Virus record (IMG/VR): IMGVR_UViG_3300032312_001422
Location: 1 to 64,000 of that record
Length of the DNA stretch: 64,000 nucleotides
Source: a virus
Taxonomy: Duplodnaviria; Caudoviricetes
Direction: 5' to 3' (one strand)
The notes under the pieces were generated by a model. The model was not told the origin of the DNA. It was given only the letters and a program-made list of their open reading frames with translations, and ran no database searches. Shown here one piece after another: positions 30,087 to 38,895 of this stretch. Every line of letters begins with the position of its first letter. The stretch's first letter is position 1. A program made the translations under genes and the position numbers.

Positions 30087-30752
30087 ATGGCCGCAAACGG
30101 AATATCAACACTCGCAACCAAAGAACTACGCCAAAAAGCCAAACTAGACCTGGCTGCAACAGATAGAGCCGCACGAAGTAATGCCAGAGCAACATATGAT
30201 CTATCACAACTACCAACACAATACAACAACAATGCCATAATTAACAACCCAAACACAGGTGCACTAACCTTGGGTCGTCCGTGGATTGCTACACAATCTG
30301 CATTTACATTCTACGAAGCCTTTGGCACAACTACAGCAATATCAACCACACAGTATGTGAGTGGCAACAAGATTTACGCAGAATCATCAACCTATGATGT
30401 TCCCAGTTTTCAACCTGCTAGAGTAGTTGTCAACGATATTGAAGTACTACGTCAAGGTGATGCACCAAACCCATATGGCCGTGGCCACAACTTGGTAGTA
30501 TTAGACTCATATGGTGATGTTGTTACAGCAGCCACCCAATATGATACATACATTAGCCCTGCCAATTTAACAGCATTGTCGTCGGCACTGACCAGTGTGT
30601 CCAGTGGCCGCATTGCGGTATTGGTAACATACGATGCATCAGCATTAAACGCCGCAGTTCGCACAGCAATCAACACCGGATACGGATCTACTAATGCTAA
30701 TACTTGGGCAGCAGGTAGACAAAGTCACATCTTTATTGGCATCAAAGTTTAA
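30087..30752 (+). CDS. Virion-type protein with C-terminal ILEI/PANDER-like domain
   Basis: RGHNLVVLD..G.V.....YDTY...; LVTYDA; RQSHIFIG pattern. Confidence 0.55.
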   Translation: MAANGISTLATKELRQKAKLDLAATDRAARSNARATYDLSQLPTQYNNNAIINNPNTGALTLGRPWIATQSAFTFYEAFGTTTAISTTQYVSGNKIYAESSTYDVPSFQPARVVVNDIEVLRQGDAPNPYGRGHNLVVLDSYGDVVTAATQYDTYISPANLTALSSALTSVSSGRIAVLVTYDASALNAAVRTAINTGYGSTNANTWAAGRQSHIFIGIKV

Positions 30753-30775
30753 TAAATACACAAACAGGATATATT

Positions 30776-31138
30776 ATGAAAGCAAGCGAAATACTACGTA
30801 AATTGGCAGATATGATCGATGGTCAAGACTCTGGCCCAGCACAATCTGTAGCAGATCAAGTACCACATCAAGATCAATCAGCACAATTACATTCAGTAGA
30901 AGTTGATAACACAGACAATACCGAAGCAGGCACATTTGTTCCGCCATTGCAAGCCAAATTGGAATTGCTCAAGAAAGCAGTCAATGTAGACAGCATCTAT
31001 GATCAAGGTGGAGAAGATGGTGATCTAACTGGACACGGCGCCGACAATGAAGATCCATTGGACACAATGAAAAAATTATCGGGTATCAATATTGTAGCCA
31101 CAGCAGAAGCGGCCGACGACGAACCTTTTGAAGGTTAA
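30776..31138 (+). CDS. Acidic hypothetical protein (MKASEILR start)
   Basis: TAAATA and AGGA upstream. Confidence 0.7.
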   Translation: MKASEILRKLADMIDGQDSGPAQSVADQVPHQDQSAQLHSVEVDNTDNTEAGTFVPPLQAKLELLKKAVNVDSIYDQGGEDGDLTGHGADNEDPLDTMKKLSGINIVATAEAADDEPFEG

Positions 31139-31147
31139 GGATTAACT

Positions 31148-33397
31148 GTGGCCAAAGTACACAAAGTTTGGAGTAGTAGATTTGAAGGCAACCTCAGCAC
31201 CTACGTGGGTGAAAAAGGTCGTCTCTTTTATAACGAACTGACCGGTGCCTTGCGCCTGAGTGATGGTGTTACCGCTGGTGGACAACCCATTAGCGTTGAT
31301 GCCAATTTGGTCACAGCAGCCAGCATTGTGCCTGATGTGGACAATGTACACGGCTTGGGCACAGAACTACTACGCTGGGAACACCTGCACCTGGGCGACG
31401 GCGGCATTTACTTTGATGGCGCAGGTTATTCCACTCCACAAACAGTTCCTTATCTGCCTGGAGCACAAGTTCACAACATCATTCCAGCAGTGGACAACGG
31501 TGTTGACATTGGCACTCCCAACCGACGCCTTGGCAACGTGTACATGGGCTATCGAGGCCTTTACCTGGCAGATCAAACCACAGATCAAAACATCAACATC
31601 ACAGCCAATTCAGGCACACTCTTTCTCAACGGTGTACAAAATCTACGAGTAGGTAACTTGACCATTGTGGACACCACCCTGACCAGTGCCACCAACAATC
31701 TAGACATCTCAATTGGTGCTACCAACGACACCGGCTTTTTCTATGTCAAACGCAAAGCACAGTTTGACAACACCACGTTCGGCGCCACACAGGCCATGGT
31801 CAGTTTCAATGCATCGGGAACCATAGAACCTCTTACCATATTCCCCGATACTGTGATGCAGACAACTGGTCGTCCCAACAAGAACAGTCGCATAGTTCAA
31901 CGAAGTTATGGCAGTTCAGGCGAGGTGGGCGGAGACAATGCCTACTCAGTGTGGGCCAGTTATTCTGCCCGTGGCAACATCGCCAGTCCTGCGGCGATTA
32001 AACAGAATGATATACTGAGTCGTTTAAGTAGCAACGGTTACGGTACCACAACCTGGGGTGCCGGCGGCACACGCATAGAATCAGTTGCATTGGAAAACTT
32101 CACAGACTCGGCCAAAGGTTCAAAGATCAACTTCTGGACCACACCTGCGGGCAGTATAACATCACAGTTGGTGGCCAGCGTGAACTCGGTGGGCTTGGTT
32201 GCCAATGGTATTCAATTCAGCACAGACAGCACCATACAGACCACAGCTGGTATCCCACTCACACAAAAGGGCGTGTCACAGGGTGTAGCCACCTTGGGCG
32301 TGGATGGTCGATTGACCACTGAACAAATCCCCAGCAGTTTGAGTGGCGCTATTACTTTCCAAGGTGGCTGGAATGCGTTTACTAACACTCCTGCACTCAG
32401 CAATGGCACAGGTGTTACAGGCCAGCAGTATATTGTTATAGTAGGCGGTGACCGCAACCTAGGCGCAGGCAATGTTGTTTATGCCCCAGGTGATACTGTC
32501 ACTTACGGTGCCAATGTTTGGAACTACGTACAAGGTACCAGTCCAATCTCATCGGTGAGTGGAAACCTACACATGCAGGTTGGTCCCACAACTGGTGCTG
32601 TTGTGATCGGTATCAATGCCACTCCCAATGCCACTGCCAGTACTGTTGTGAGTCGTGATGCGTCAGGCAACTTCCAGGCCAACACTATTACCGCCACGTT
32701 GGCAGGTCAAGCAACTTCAGCCATAACAGCCGCAACTGTTACCACAGGCACACAAAGTGCAATCACCAGTGTTGGTACACTGACCAGTTTGGCAGTCACC
32801 GGCAATGTCTCAGCAGGCAACGTTACTGCTGCCACTGGAACAATCACAGCCGCAACAGGTCAGTTTACCAATATCAATTCCAGCCTACAGACTATCGGCG
32901 CCAATCTTGGTACAGCAACCACAAACATCGCAACATTGTTCAGTAATGCCGCAACACAGCAAACACAGATCACAAATATTACTACAAATGCCAATGCCAA
33001 CACAGCCGCTTACTTAACCACAGCCACTGGCAACATTTCAGCTGGTAATATAACAGCTACCAACTATACCGGAAAAGTCACTCACTCAATTCGTAATGCA
33101 GGCAACGTAACTGGCACCACGTTGACATTAGATGTTACCACAGATGACCTTGTCAAATGTACTTTTTCTGATGCATTTACAGTGGCATTCAGCAATATTG
33201 TTGCTGGTAGAGTAATCACACTTATTGCCACCAATACCTCTGCTGGCGATACTGACATTATTACCGCAGGTATTAGTAGTGTAAACATGCAGGGTGATTC
33301 CACACTCACAGTTACTCAACAAACCACAGCAATAATCACCTATTACAGTCTTGACGGTGACACCGCCAACATCTATGCTTCGGCAGTTTACGCTTGA
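31148..33397 (+). CDS. Tail fibre-like protein
   Basis: YVGEKGRLFYNE..G.LRLSDGVT.GG (Mtd-N-like), GVATLG.DG.L...Q.P, SRDASGNF.ANTITA fibre motifs. Confidence 0.8.
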   Translation: MAKVHKVWSSRFEGNLSTYVGEKGRLFYNELTGALRLSDGVTAGGQPISVDANLVTAASIVPDVDNVHGLGTELLRWEHLHLGDGGIYFDGAGYSTPQTVPYLPGAQVHNIIPAVDNGVDIGTPNRRLGNVYMGYRGLYLADQTTDQNINITANSGTLFLNGVQNLRVGNLTIVDTTLTSATNNLDISIGATNDTGFFYVKRKAQFDNTTFGATQAMVSFNASGTIEPLTIFPDTVMQTTGRPNKNSRIVQRSYGSSGEVGGDNAYSVWASYSARGNIASPAAIKQNDILSRLSSNGYGTTTWGAGGTRIESVALENFTDSAKGSKINFWTTPAGSITSQLVASVNSVGLVANGIQFSTDSTIQTTAGIPLTQKGVSQGVATLGVDGRLTTEQIPSSLSGAITFQGGWNAFTNTPALSNGTGVTGQQYIVIVGGDRNLGAGNVVYAPGDTVTYGANVWNYVQGTSPISSVSGNLHMQVGPTTGAVVIGINATPNATASTVVSRDASGNFQANTITATLAGQATSAITAATVTTGTQSAITSVGTLTSLAVTGNVSAGNVTAATGTITAATGQFTNINSSLQTIGANLGTATTNIATLFSNAATQQTQITNITTNANANTAAYLTTATGNISAGNITATNYTGKVTHSIRNAGNVTGTTLTLDVTTDDLVKCTFSDAFTVAFSNIVAGRVITLIATNTSAGDTDIITAGISSVNMQGDSTLTVTQQTTAIITYYSLDGDTANIYASAVYA

Positions 33398-33451
33398 TGA
33401 TGTATTCGCCAGCACAGTATATGTTATATAAGAGTTAAATCACCAAAATCC

Positions 33452-33480
33452 TTGACACACACCATTTATTGTAGTATTAT
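33452..33480 (+). promoter_or_regulatory. sigma70-type promoter flanked by AAGAGTT/AACTCTT inverted repeats
   Basis: TTGACA-17-TATTAT. Confidence 0.65.
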
Positions 33481-33510
33481 TACTGAGTTAGAACTCTTAA
33501 ATATTACACT

Positions 33511-35091
33511 ATGATATTTGGTTACTTCACCCTATTTGTTGCATTACTGATCGAAGTTGTAGGTGCCTACTACAGCATCACCGGCCTTGCAGCAATCTTT
33601 TCGGGTGCAGTAATTCCAATCCTGATCATGGGCGGAGTACTAGAAGTTGGCAAAGTCACTGCCGCTGTTTGGTTAAAGAACAATTGGGAAAGAGCTAGCC
33701 TTACATTTAAACTGTATCTGCTGCCTGCTGTAATATTACTAATGTTTATTACCAGCATGGGCATCTTTGGTTTCCTATCCAAAGCACACAATGATCAAAA
33801 TCTAGTGTCTGGCGATGTGCTGGGCAAGATTGCCATTTACGATGAAAAAATAAAAATCCAGCGAGACAATATCGATTCGGCTCGCCGTGCCCTACAACAA
33901 ATGGATGCCGCAGTTGATCAAACAATGTCACGTTCAACGTCTGAAACCGGTGCAGACAAAGCCACTGCCATACGTCGCAGTCAAGCACGTGAACGCACCA
34001 ACTTGCAAAATGAAATAGCCCGGGCACAGACCGAAATTGTACGACTAAATGATCTACGTGCTCCGATTGCTGCCGAAGTACGCAAAGTCGAAGCCGAAGT
34101 GGGTCCTATCAAGTATATTGCCAAACTGATCTATGGTGACAATCCTGATGCCAACCTGTTGGAGCATGCAGTGGTCTGGGTCATCATCATGATTGTGGCA
34201 GTATTTGATCCACTTGCACTTGTGCTGATCTTGGCCGCACAACAAAGTATTCGCTGGGCACGTGGCGAAGATACAGAAGAACCTGTTGTCGCCACGGATG
34301 CAAAGCCAACCGTGTTTGGTCAATTCACAGAAAAGATTCGACGTCGCTTTGTCAAAGACGACACACCGGACTTTGAAGGTGTAAAGTTACCCGATGGTAC
34401 TTGGGTGCAGACTGGTCCAGCATTCAATACTGCCGAACCCCGAGAAGAATACACCGACATCAATGACGTAAATGCCATGTTGGCCGAAGCCGCTGAGGAT
34501 AGTCGAGCAGACTATACCGAAGGCAGTCTAGTTGTAGAAAACACACCGGATGATGAAGATTACAAACCATTCAAAGGCACTGGCATTTCGCCCACTGGTT
34601 TGGTAAGCACTCCTTATATACAGCCTCAAGTTGAAGACGAAAAAGAACCAGATCCGTTTATGGAAGATCTAGTTGTGGCCAAAGAAGAGCCTGAACTTGT
34701 ATCCGAGCCAGTGGCCGTTGATACACCAAATCCTCGTGCCGCCGAAGCCGCACCCGGACAGAATCGCGGTGCTATGTATTCTGCACCCATACAAGCAGAC
34801 AACTCACTACAATTGGGCAAAGCCGCCAGCACAGGATTTGGTAATGATTTCCCTGCAAACCCACAAAAAGGTGATGTTTACTTGAGAACCGACTACTTGC
34901 CAAATCGGTTATACAAGTTCAACGAAAAGAAATGGATAGAGGTTGACAAAAACTCTACAGACGTGTATGCTTATGAAGAAGCGTACATCCGTCATTTGAT
35001 TGAAGAAATTGAAGCCAACAGATACGACGCTGATACACTGACAGACGTAGAACGTGAACAAATTGCTGAATATCTAAGGAAAAATGCATAG
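33511..35091 (+). CDS. Multi-pass membrane protein with coiled coil and acidic tail
   Basis: Three N-terminal TM helices, coiled coil, a fourth TM, C-terminal GFG..FP.NP.KGD.YLRTD..PNRLYKF domain. Confidence 0.75.
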   Translation: MIFGYFTLFVALLIEVVGAYYSITGLAAIFSGAVIPILIMGGVLEVGKVTAAVWLKNNWERASLTFKLYLLPAVILLMFITSMGIFGFLSKAHNDQNLVSGDVLGKIAIYDEKIKIQRDNIDSARRALQQMDAAVDQTMSRSTSETGADKATAIRRSQARERTNLQNEIARAQTEIVRLNDLRAPIAAEVRKVEAEVGPIKYIAKLIYGDNPDANLLEHAVVWVIIMIVAVFDPLALVLILAAQQSIRWARGEDTEEPVVATDAKPTVFGQFTEKIRRRFVKDDTPDFEGVKLPDGTWVQTGPAFNTAEPREEYTDINDVNAMLAEAAEDSRADYTEGSLVVENTPDDEDYKPFKGTGISPTGLVSTPYIQPQVEDEKEPDPFMEDLVVAKEEPELVSEPVAVDTPNPRAAEAAPGQNRGAMYSAPIQADNSLQLGKAASTGFGNDFPANPQKGDVYLRTDYLPNRLYKFNEKKWIEVDKNSTDVYAYEEAYIRHLIEEIEANRYDADTLTDVEREQIAEYLRKNA

Positions 35092-35374
35092 TAACTTTAT
35101 TACCCCGCCCGACCTAATCGAAACAGTACTGGTAGTTAACGCCACTGAAGACCAAATCAAATTGTGTGCCGATGCTTGCAGAAACAGTGATCGTGCATAT
35201 AATGTTTACTTTTATCATACAGATATGCGAGATGTGTATTGGTTAGGCCAAGCAGTACAACGTGCAGAAACCATTTTACAAGCAGTAGACTCAGAAGTAC
35301 CTGTATTATGCCCGACCATCAAGTTTGGCCCAGATCAAGAATTAACTAACCCCGAAGACTATTTCAATAAATAA
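35084..35374 (+). CDS. Hypothetical protein
   Basis: AAGGA SD; operonic. Confidence 0.6.
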   Translation: MHSNFITPPDLIETVLVVNATEDQIKLCADACRNSDRAYNVYFYHTDMRDVYWLGQAVQRAETILQAVDSEVPVLCPTIKFGPDQELTNPEDYFNK

Positions 35375-35378
35375 CACT

Positions 35379-35630
35379 ATGGCATATCAACCCAAAGGCG
35401 GTCCAATCGTTTGTAGAGGCAACACAGTCACATTGCGTGAAGGTGAACCTGTAGAAAAAGCTCTACGTAAATTCAAGAAGAAAGTGCTGGAATCCGGCCT
35501 GCTTCGTGATCTCAAAGAGCGTGAAACCTACGAAAAACCCACTACACGACGTAAAAAAGCTAAAGCAGCAGCCAAGAACCGTTGGCGCAAAAAACTAGCT
35601 AGCGAATCGCTTCCTAAGAAACTCTACTAG
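35379..35630 (+). CDS. rpsU: Ribosomal protein bS21
   Basis: VTLREGEPVEKALRKFKKK...G...LKERE.YEKPT..RK..K.AA..R.RK. Confidence 0.92.
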   Translation: MAYQPKGGPIVCRGNTVTLREGEPVEKALRKFKKKVLESGLLRDLKERETYEKPTTRRKKAKAAAKNRWRKKLASESLPKKLY

Positions 35631-36594
35631 CAATATCAGCAAACATCTGTTGTTGAAAGTCTGGGCTATACACAAGGTCCAGATTTTTTTGACGGCGGTG
35701 CAATGTGTCCAGCCAAATCTGATCTAAATCCTGTGCTAACAAATTGGTAATTGCAGTCATTAACATAGCAATCTTCGTTTCTAAATCGGGTTCTTGATCG
35801 TATGCATGATCGACGATGTCATCAAACACATCTACACCAATTGCTCTAAGATATTCAACAGTTCCCACAGATCCCAAGATTAAAAACAGTTGTCCAGAGA
35901 ATATGGGCTTCCATGTTTTTTCACTAACAAACGTATTTTCAGTACGACTTTCAGGCAAGTAATCTATGTAACAGGTTTGATAAGTGGGGCAGGCGTTGCT
36001 TTCAAATTTGTCCATGTCATCTGCTACACTTAGTCTAAGCGGATAAATTGAACGCAAATAGTCAGCGTCTTGTGCAGTAACTTTATTTAAAACGTCTGTG
36101 CTGAGATAATCATACTGTTCAGATAACTCTGGATAGATCCACCCAAAACTTTTTTGTACTTGATCAAACCATGGCTGTTTGCTCATGGCCACAAAATTTA
36201 ATGTTTTGTGAGTCCAAGGATTTTTGGTCAAACAACTTATCGGATATGGTCTAAGAGTTGTAATGTCAGGCCGTTGATTGTTTGGATCTCGCAACATGCT
36301 GGCATAGTATCTGGGCAAATGTACAATTTTAGGATGTTTATCGAAATGATAGCGATAGTTTGATGTTGCAACAATAAACTCCTGTTGTAAATTTAACTCT
36401 GCTATCCAATCCAAATATTCTAATTCGTTATCTTCTGGCCCAAGACTTTTATCAAATATGATTAATTCAGCACTGGGATTCGCGGCAATTTGTTCCACAA
36501 TTACAGGTCGTTGGTCATCACCGGGTAATCCGTAGCCATTGACAACTATGGGTAATATTTGTTTTTTTGGGTTGAATAAATTATAAGGATACAT
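35614..36594 (-). CDS. Putative glycosyltransferase-like protein (EK.WKPI family), copy 1
   Basis: FVSEKTWKPI..GQLF..LG..G.VEYLR..G.DVF.DI.DH.YD.E. Confidence 0.5.
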   Translation of the reverse strand: MYPYNLFNPKKQILPIVVNGYGLPGDDQRPVIVEQIAANPSAELIIFDKSLGPEDNELEYLDWIAELNLQQEFIVATSNYRYHFDKHPKIVHLPRYYASMLRDPNNQRPDITTLRPYPISCLTKNPWTHKTLNFVAMSKQPWFDQVQKSFGWIYPELSEQYDYLSTDVLNKVTAQDADYLRSIYPLRLSVADDMDKFESNACPTYQTCYIDYLPESRTENTFVSEKTWKPIFSGQLFLILGSVGTVEYLRAIGVDVFDDIVDHAYDQEPDLETKIAMLMTAITNLLAQDLDQIWLDTLHRRQKNLDLVYSPDFQQQMFADIASRVS

Positions 36595-36625
36595 TTGACA
36601 ATCAGTGAAAAATCCTGTATAAATA
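36595..36625 (+). promoter_or_regulatory. Overlapping sigma70 and T4-late promoters for hsp20
   Basis: TTGACA-17-TATAAA, where the -10 is part of TATAAATA. Confidence 0.75.
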
Positions 36626-36628
36626 CTT

Positions 36629-36689
36629 ATGTAGATGCCCAGGTGGGGTCTACATTAAAGTCATACTTGCTTAATTAAGGAGAAAACAA
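36629..36689 (+). ncRNA. ROSE-like RNA thermometer leader
   Basis: 5' hairpin ATGTAGA-TG-CCC/GGG-TCTACAT; 3' hairpin CUU(G)CUU pairing with AAGGAG. Confidence 0.65.
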
Positions 36690-37142
36690 ATGACAAATAT
36701 TACACTTCACACACTTGATTTACCCACATTCGTTAATCAAATTCATCGCCATACTGTTGGCTTTGACAGTTTGTTCAATGAATTAAATCGCGGCTTTGCC
36801 AACAGCAAAAGCGATAACTATCCTCCACACAATGTTATTCGCCTAGATGACCAACACCATGTGATTGAAATCGCAGTGGCTGGTTTTGCCGAAAGCGAAA
36901 TTGATGTTGAACTAAAGGACAGCGTATTAACTGTGCGTGGCGAACAAGCTGCCAAAAACGAAGAGATTGAATATCTGCACAAGGGATTATCAACTCGTAA
37001 TTTTGAACGCACATTCCGTTTGGCCGACAACACCGAAGTCAAAGGTGCCACAATCAAAAACGGTATCTTGGCCATTGCTTTAGAGCATATTGTTCCTGAA
37101 GAACAAAAGCCTAAAAAAATTGCCATTACATTTGCAAAATAA
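36690..37142 (+). CDS. ibpA: Small heat-shock protein Hsp20/IbpA
   Basis: GFD.LF, NYPPHNV, EIAVAGF, YLHKGL..R.F.R.F.L, NGIL.I.L...VPEE.KPK.I.I. Confidence 0.95.
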   Translation: MTNITLHTLDLPTFVNQIHRHTVGFDSLFNELNRGFANSKSDNYPPHNVIRLDDQHHVIEIAVAGFAESEIDVELKDSVLTVRGEQAAKNEEIEYLHKGLSTRNFERTFRLADNTEVKGATIKNGILAIALEHIVPEEQKPKKIAITFAK

Positions 37143-37197
37143 GTAATAGGTGTGTATAATAAGGGGAAGGCAACTTATTCCCCTTATTAAAATAATC

Positions 37198-37527
37198 ATG
37201 AGCGAAACAATGTCAAAAACCAAAACCCAGTCGGTAGTTCGTACCCGTATTGAACCCAAACTCAATATCAGTGAGCCACCGCAGTTCCGTGTGATCTACA
37301 TAAACGATGAACAGACCACGCAGGAATTTGTAGTAGAAACACTCAAGGTCATATTCAACTATGACGAGGGTGCTGCACAATCGTTGACCATGAAAGTGCA
37401 TGAAGAAGGTTCGGCTGTGGTGGCAGTATTGCCCTACGAAATGGCCGAACAAAAAGGCATTGAAGTTACGTTACTTGCTCGTAACAATGGATTTCCCTTA
37501 CAAGTCAAAATTGAACAAGACAGATGA
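37198..37527 (+). CDS. clpS: ClpAP adaptor ClpS
   Basis: PPQFRVIYINDEQTTQEFV, MKVHEEG.AVV, AEQK, GFPLQVKIE; own promoter TTGCAA-17-TATAAT. Confidence 0.92.
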   Translation: MSETMSKTKTQSVVRTRIEPKLNISEPPQFRVIYINDEQTTQEFVVETLKVIFNYDEGAAQSLTMKVHEEGSAVVAVLPYEMAEQKGIEVTLLARNNGFPLQVKIEQDR

Positions 37528-38003
37528 TATTCAATCACATTCGTAAACTCAAAGACGATGGCAAGAAGATTGGCATTACATTTTCAACATTTGATATGTT
37601 GCATGCCGGTCACATTGCCATGTTGGCCGAAGCCAAGAATCATTGCGATTACTTGATTGCTGGCCTGCAAACAGATCCTACCATTGACAGACCCGATACC
37701 AAAAACAAACCTGTACAAAGTATTGTGGAACGTCAAATTCAATTGGCTGCTTGCCGTTATGTGGACGAAGTGGTTGTTTATCAAACTGAGCAAGATCTAG
37801 TGGACTTGTTACTGATACTACCTTTGGATATTCGAGTGCTTGGCGTCGAATACCAAGACAAAGAGTATACTGGTAAGCACGAAGGTCAGCGTCGCAACAT
37901 ACAACCAATCTTCAATGGACGTGACCATTCATTCTCCAGTTCGGGCTTGCGTAGCCGTGTGGTAGAAGCCGAATCATTGAAATTATTGACAAAAAAATCT
38001 TAA
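37524..38003 (+). CDS. Cytidylyltransferase (TagD/RfaE-like HxGH family)
   Basis: TFDMLHAGH, GLQTD, ER, FSSS.LR. Confidence 0.9.
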   Translation: MIFNHIRKLKDDGKKIGITFSTFDMLHAGHIAMLAEAKNHCDYLIAGLQTDPTIDRPDTKNKPVQSIVERQIQLAACRYVDEVVVYQTEQDLVDLLLILPLDIRVLGVEYQDKEYTGKHEGQRRNIQPIFNGRDHSFSSSGLRSRVVEAESLKLLTKKS

Positions 38004-38014
38004 TGTAGTATAAT
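37986..38014 (+). promoter_or_regulatory. sigma70-type promoter
   Basis: TTGACA-17-TATAAT. Confidence 0.8.
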
Positions 38015-38020
38015 ACTAAC

Positions 38021-38578
38021 ATGGATATAATGTTAGATTTAGAAAGCCTAGGAACACGCCCAGATTGTGCTATTCTCACTTTGGGTGCTGTCAAGTTTGA
38101 TCCTTTTACTCCTGATGCGTTTGGTGACAGTTTATACCTACGCATAGACGTAGATGAACAGTTAGCCCTGGGTCGTGAAGTGCAGGAAGATACACTTGCA
38201 TGGTGGTCAAATCAAGCAGAAGACGTCCGCGAGGAAGCCTTGGGAGAAGGTAACCGTGTTAGCCTAGACAGCATGTACCGACAGTTAAACCGATTCACAG
38301 TCGGTGCGGAAAACATCTGGTGCCAAGGTCCTGCATTCGATATTGTTATACTAGAAAATATCTATAGACAATGTGGCTGGCCAACTCCGTGGCAGTTTTG
38401 GCAAATACGTGATAGCCGTACCCTATTTGGTGTACACGGCGATCCTAGAGAAAAAGGCAAAGCTGGCTTGCACAATGCCTTAGAAGATTGCGTTAGCCAG
38501 GCTCAAGGTGTACAAGCGATTTACCATGCACTTAAATTAGAAAAGCGTACCTACGCTAAAGCAATGGAAAAAGCATAA
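38021..38578 (+). CDS. DEDD 3'-5' exoribonuclease (Rv2179c-like)
   Basis: MLDLESLG, W..G..FD..IL, RD.RT, HNALED. Confidence 0.88.
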   Translation: MDIMLDLESLGTRPDCAILTLGAVKFDPFTPDAFGDSLYLRIDVDEQLALGREVQEDTLAWWSNQAEDVREEALGEGNRVSLDSMYRQLNRFTVGAENIWCQGPAFDIVILENIYRQCGWPTPWQFWQIRDSRTLFGVHGDPREKGKAGLHNALEDCVSQAQGVQAIYHALKLEKRTYAKAMEKA

Positions 38579-38895
38579 TGCAAATTATTTGGAATCAAGA
38601 AGCAGCAGAAAGTTTACGTACCAATCAAACTGTGTTGGAATTAGAAACATTCCCAGTTGGTGATCAAACCATTACCGCTTATTGTGTAGTTCCAGCTGAA
38701 CGAGTATTTCCAGACATTGCACGTTTAGAAAATCTTAAAGAATTGCATCAAGCCTTTATAACAGCACTCAATGAAAAGAATTATCAACTGTGTCAGGACA
38801 TAGCACCAAACCTTGTTGGGTCGTTTGCCGGCGAACTGGATAGTTTCTATCAAACCATACTGGATAAAATAACCAATGCAACAGATAATTCCTAA
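38578..38895 (+). CDS. Small protein resembling the C-terminal tail of class III cyclases
   Basis: VLELETFPV...AYCVV and HQAFI...NYQLC...FYQ.I resemble LWELDNIAV...IFAI and HKEFL...YYDAM of 47773..49791. Confidence 0.45.
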   Translation: MQIIWNQEAAESLRTNQTVLELETFPVGDQTITAYCVVPAERVFPDIARLENLKELHQAFITALNEKNYQLCQDIAPNLVGSFAGELDSFYQTILDKITNATDNS

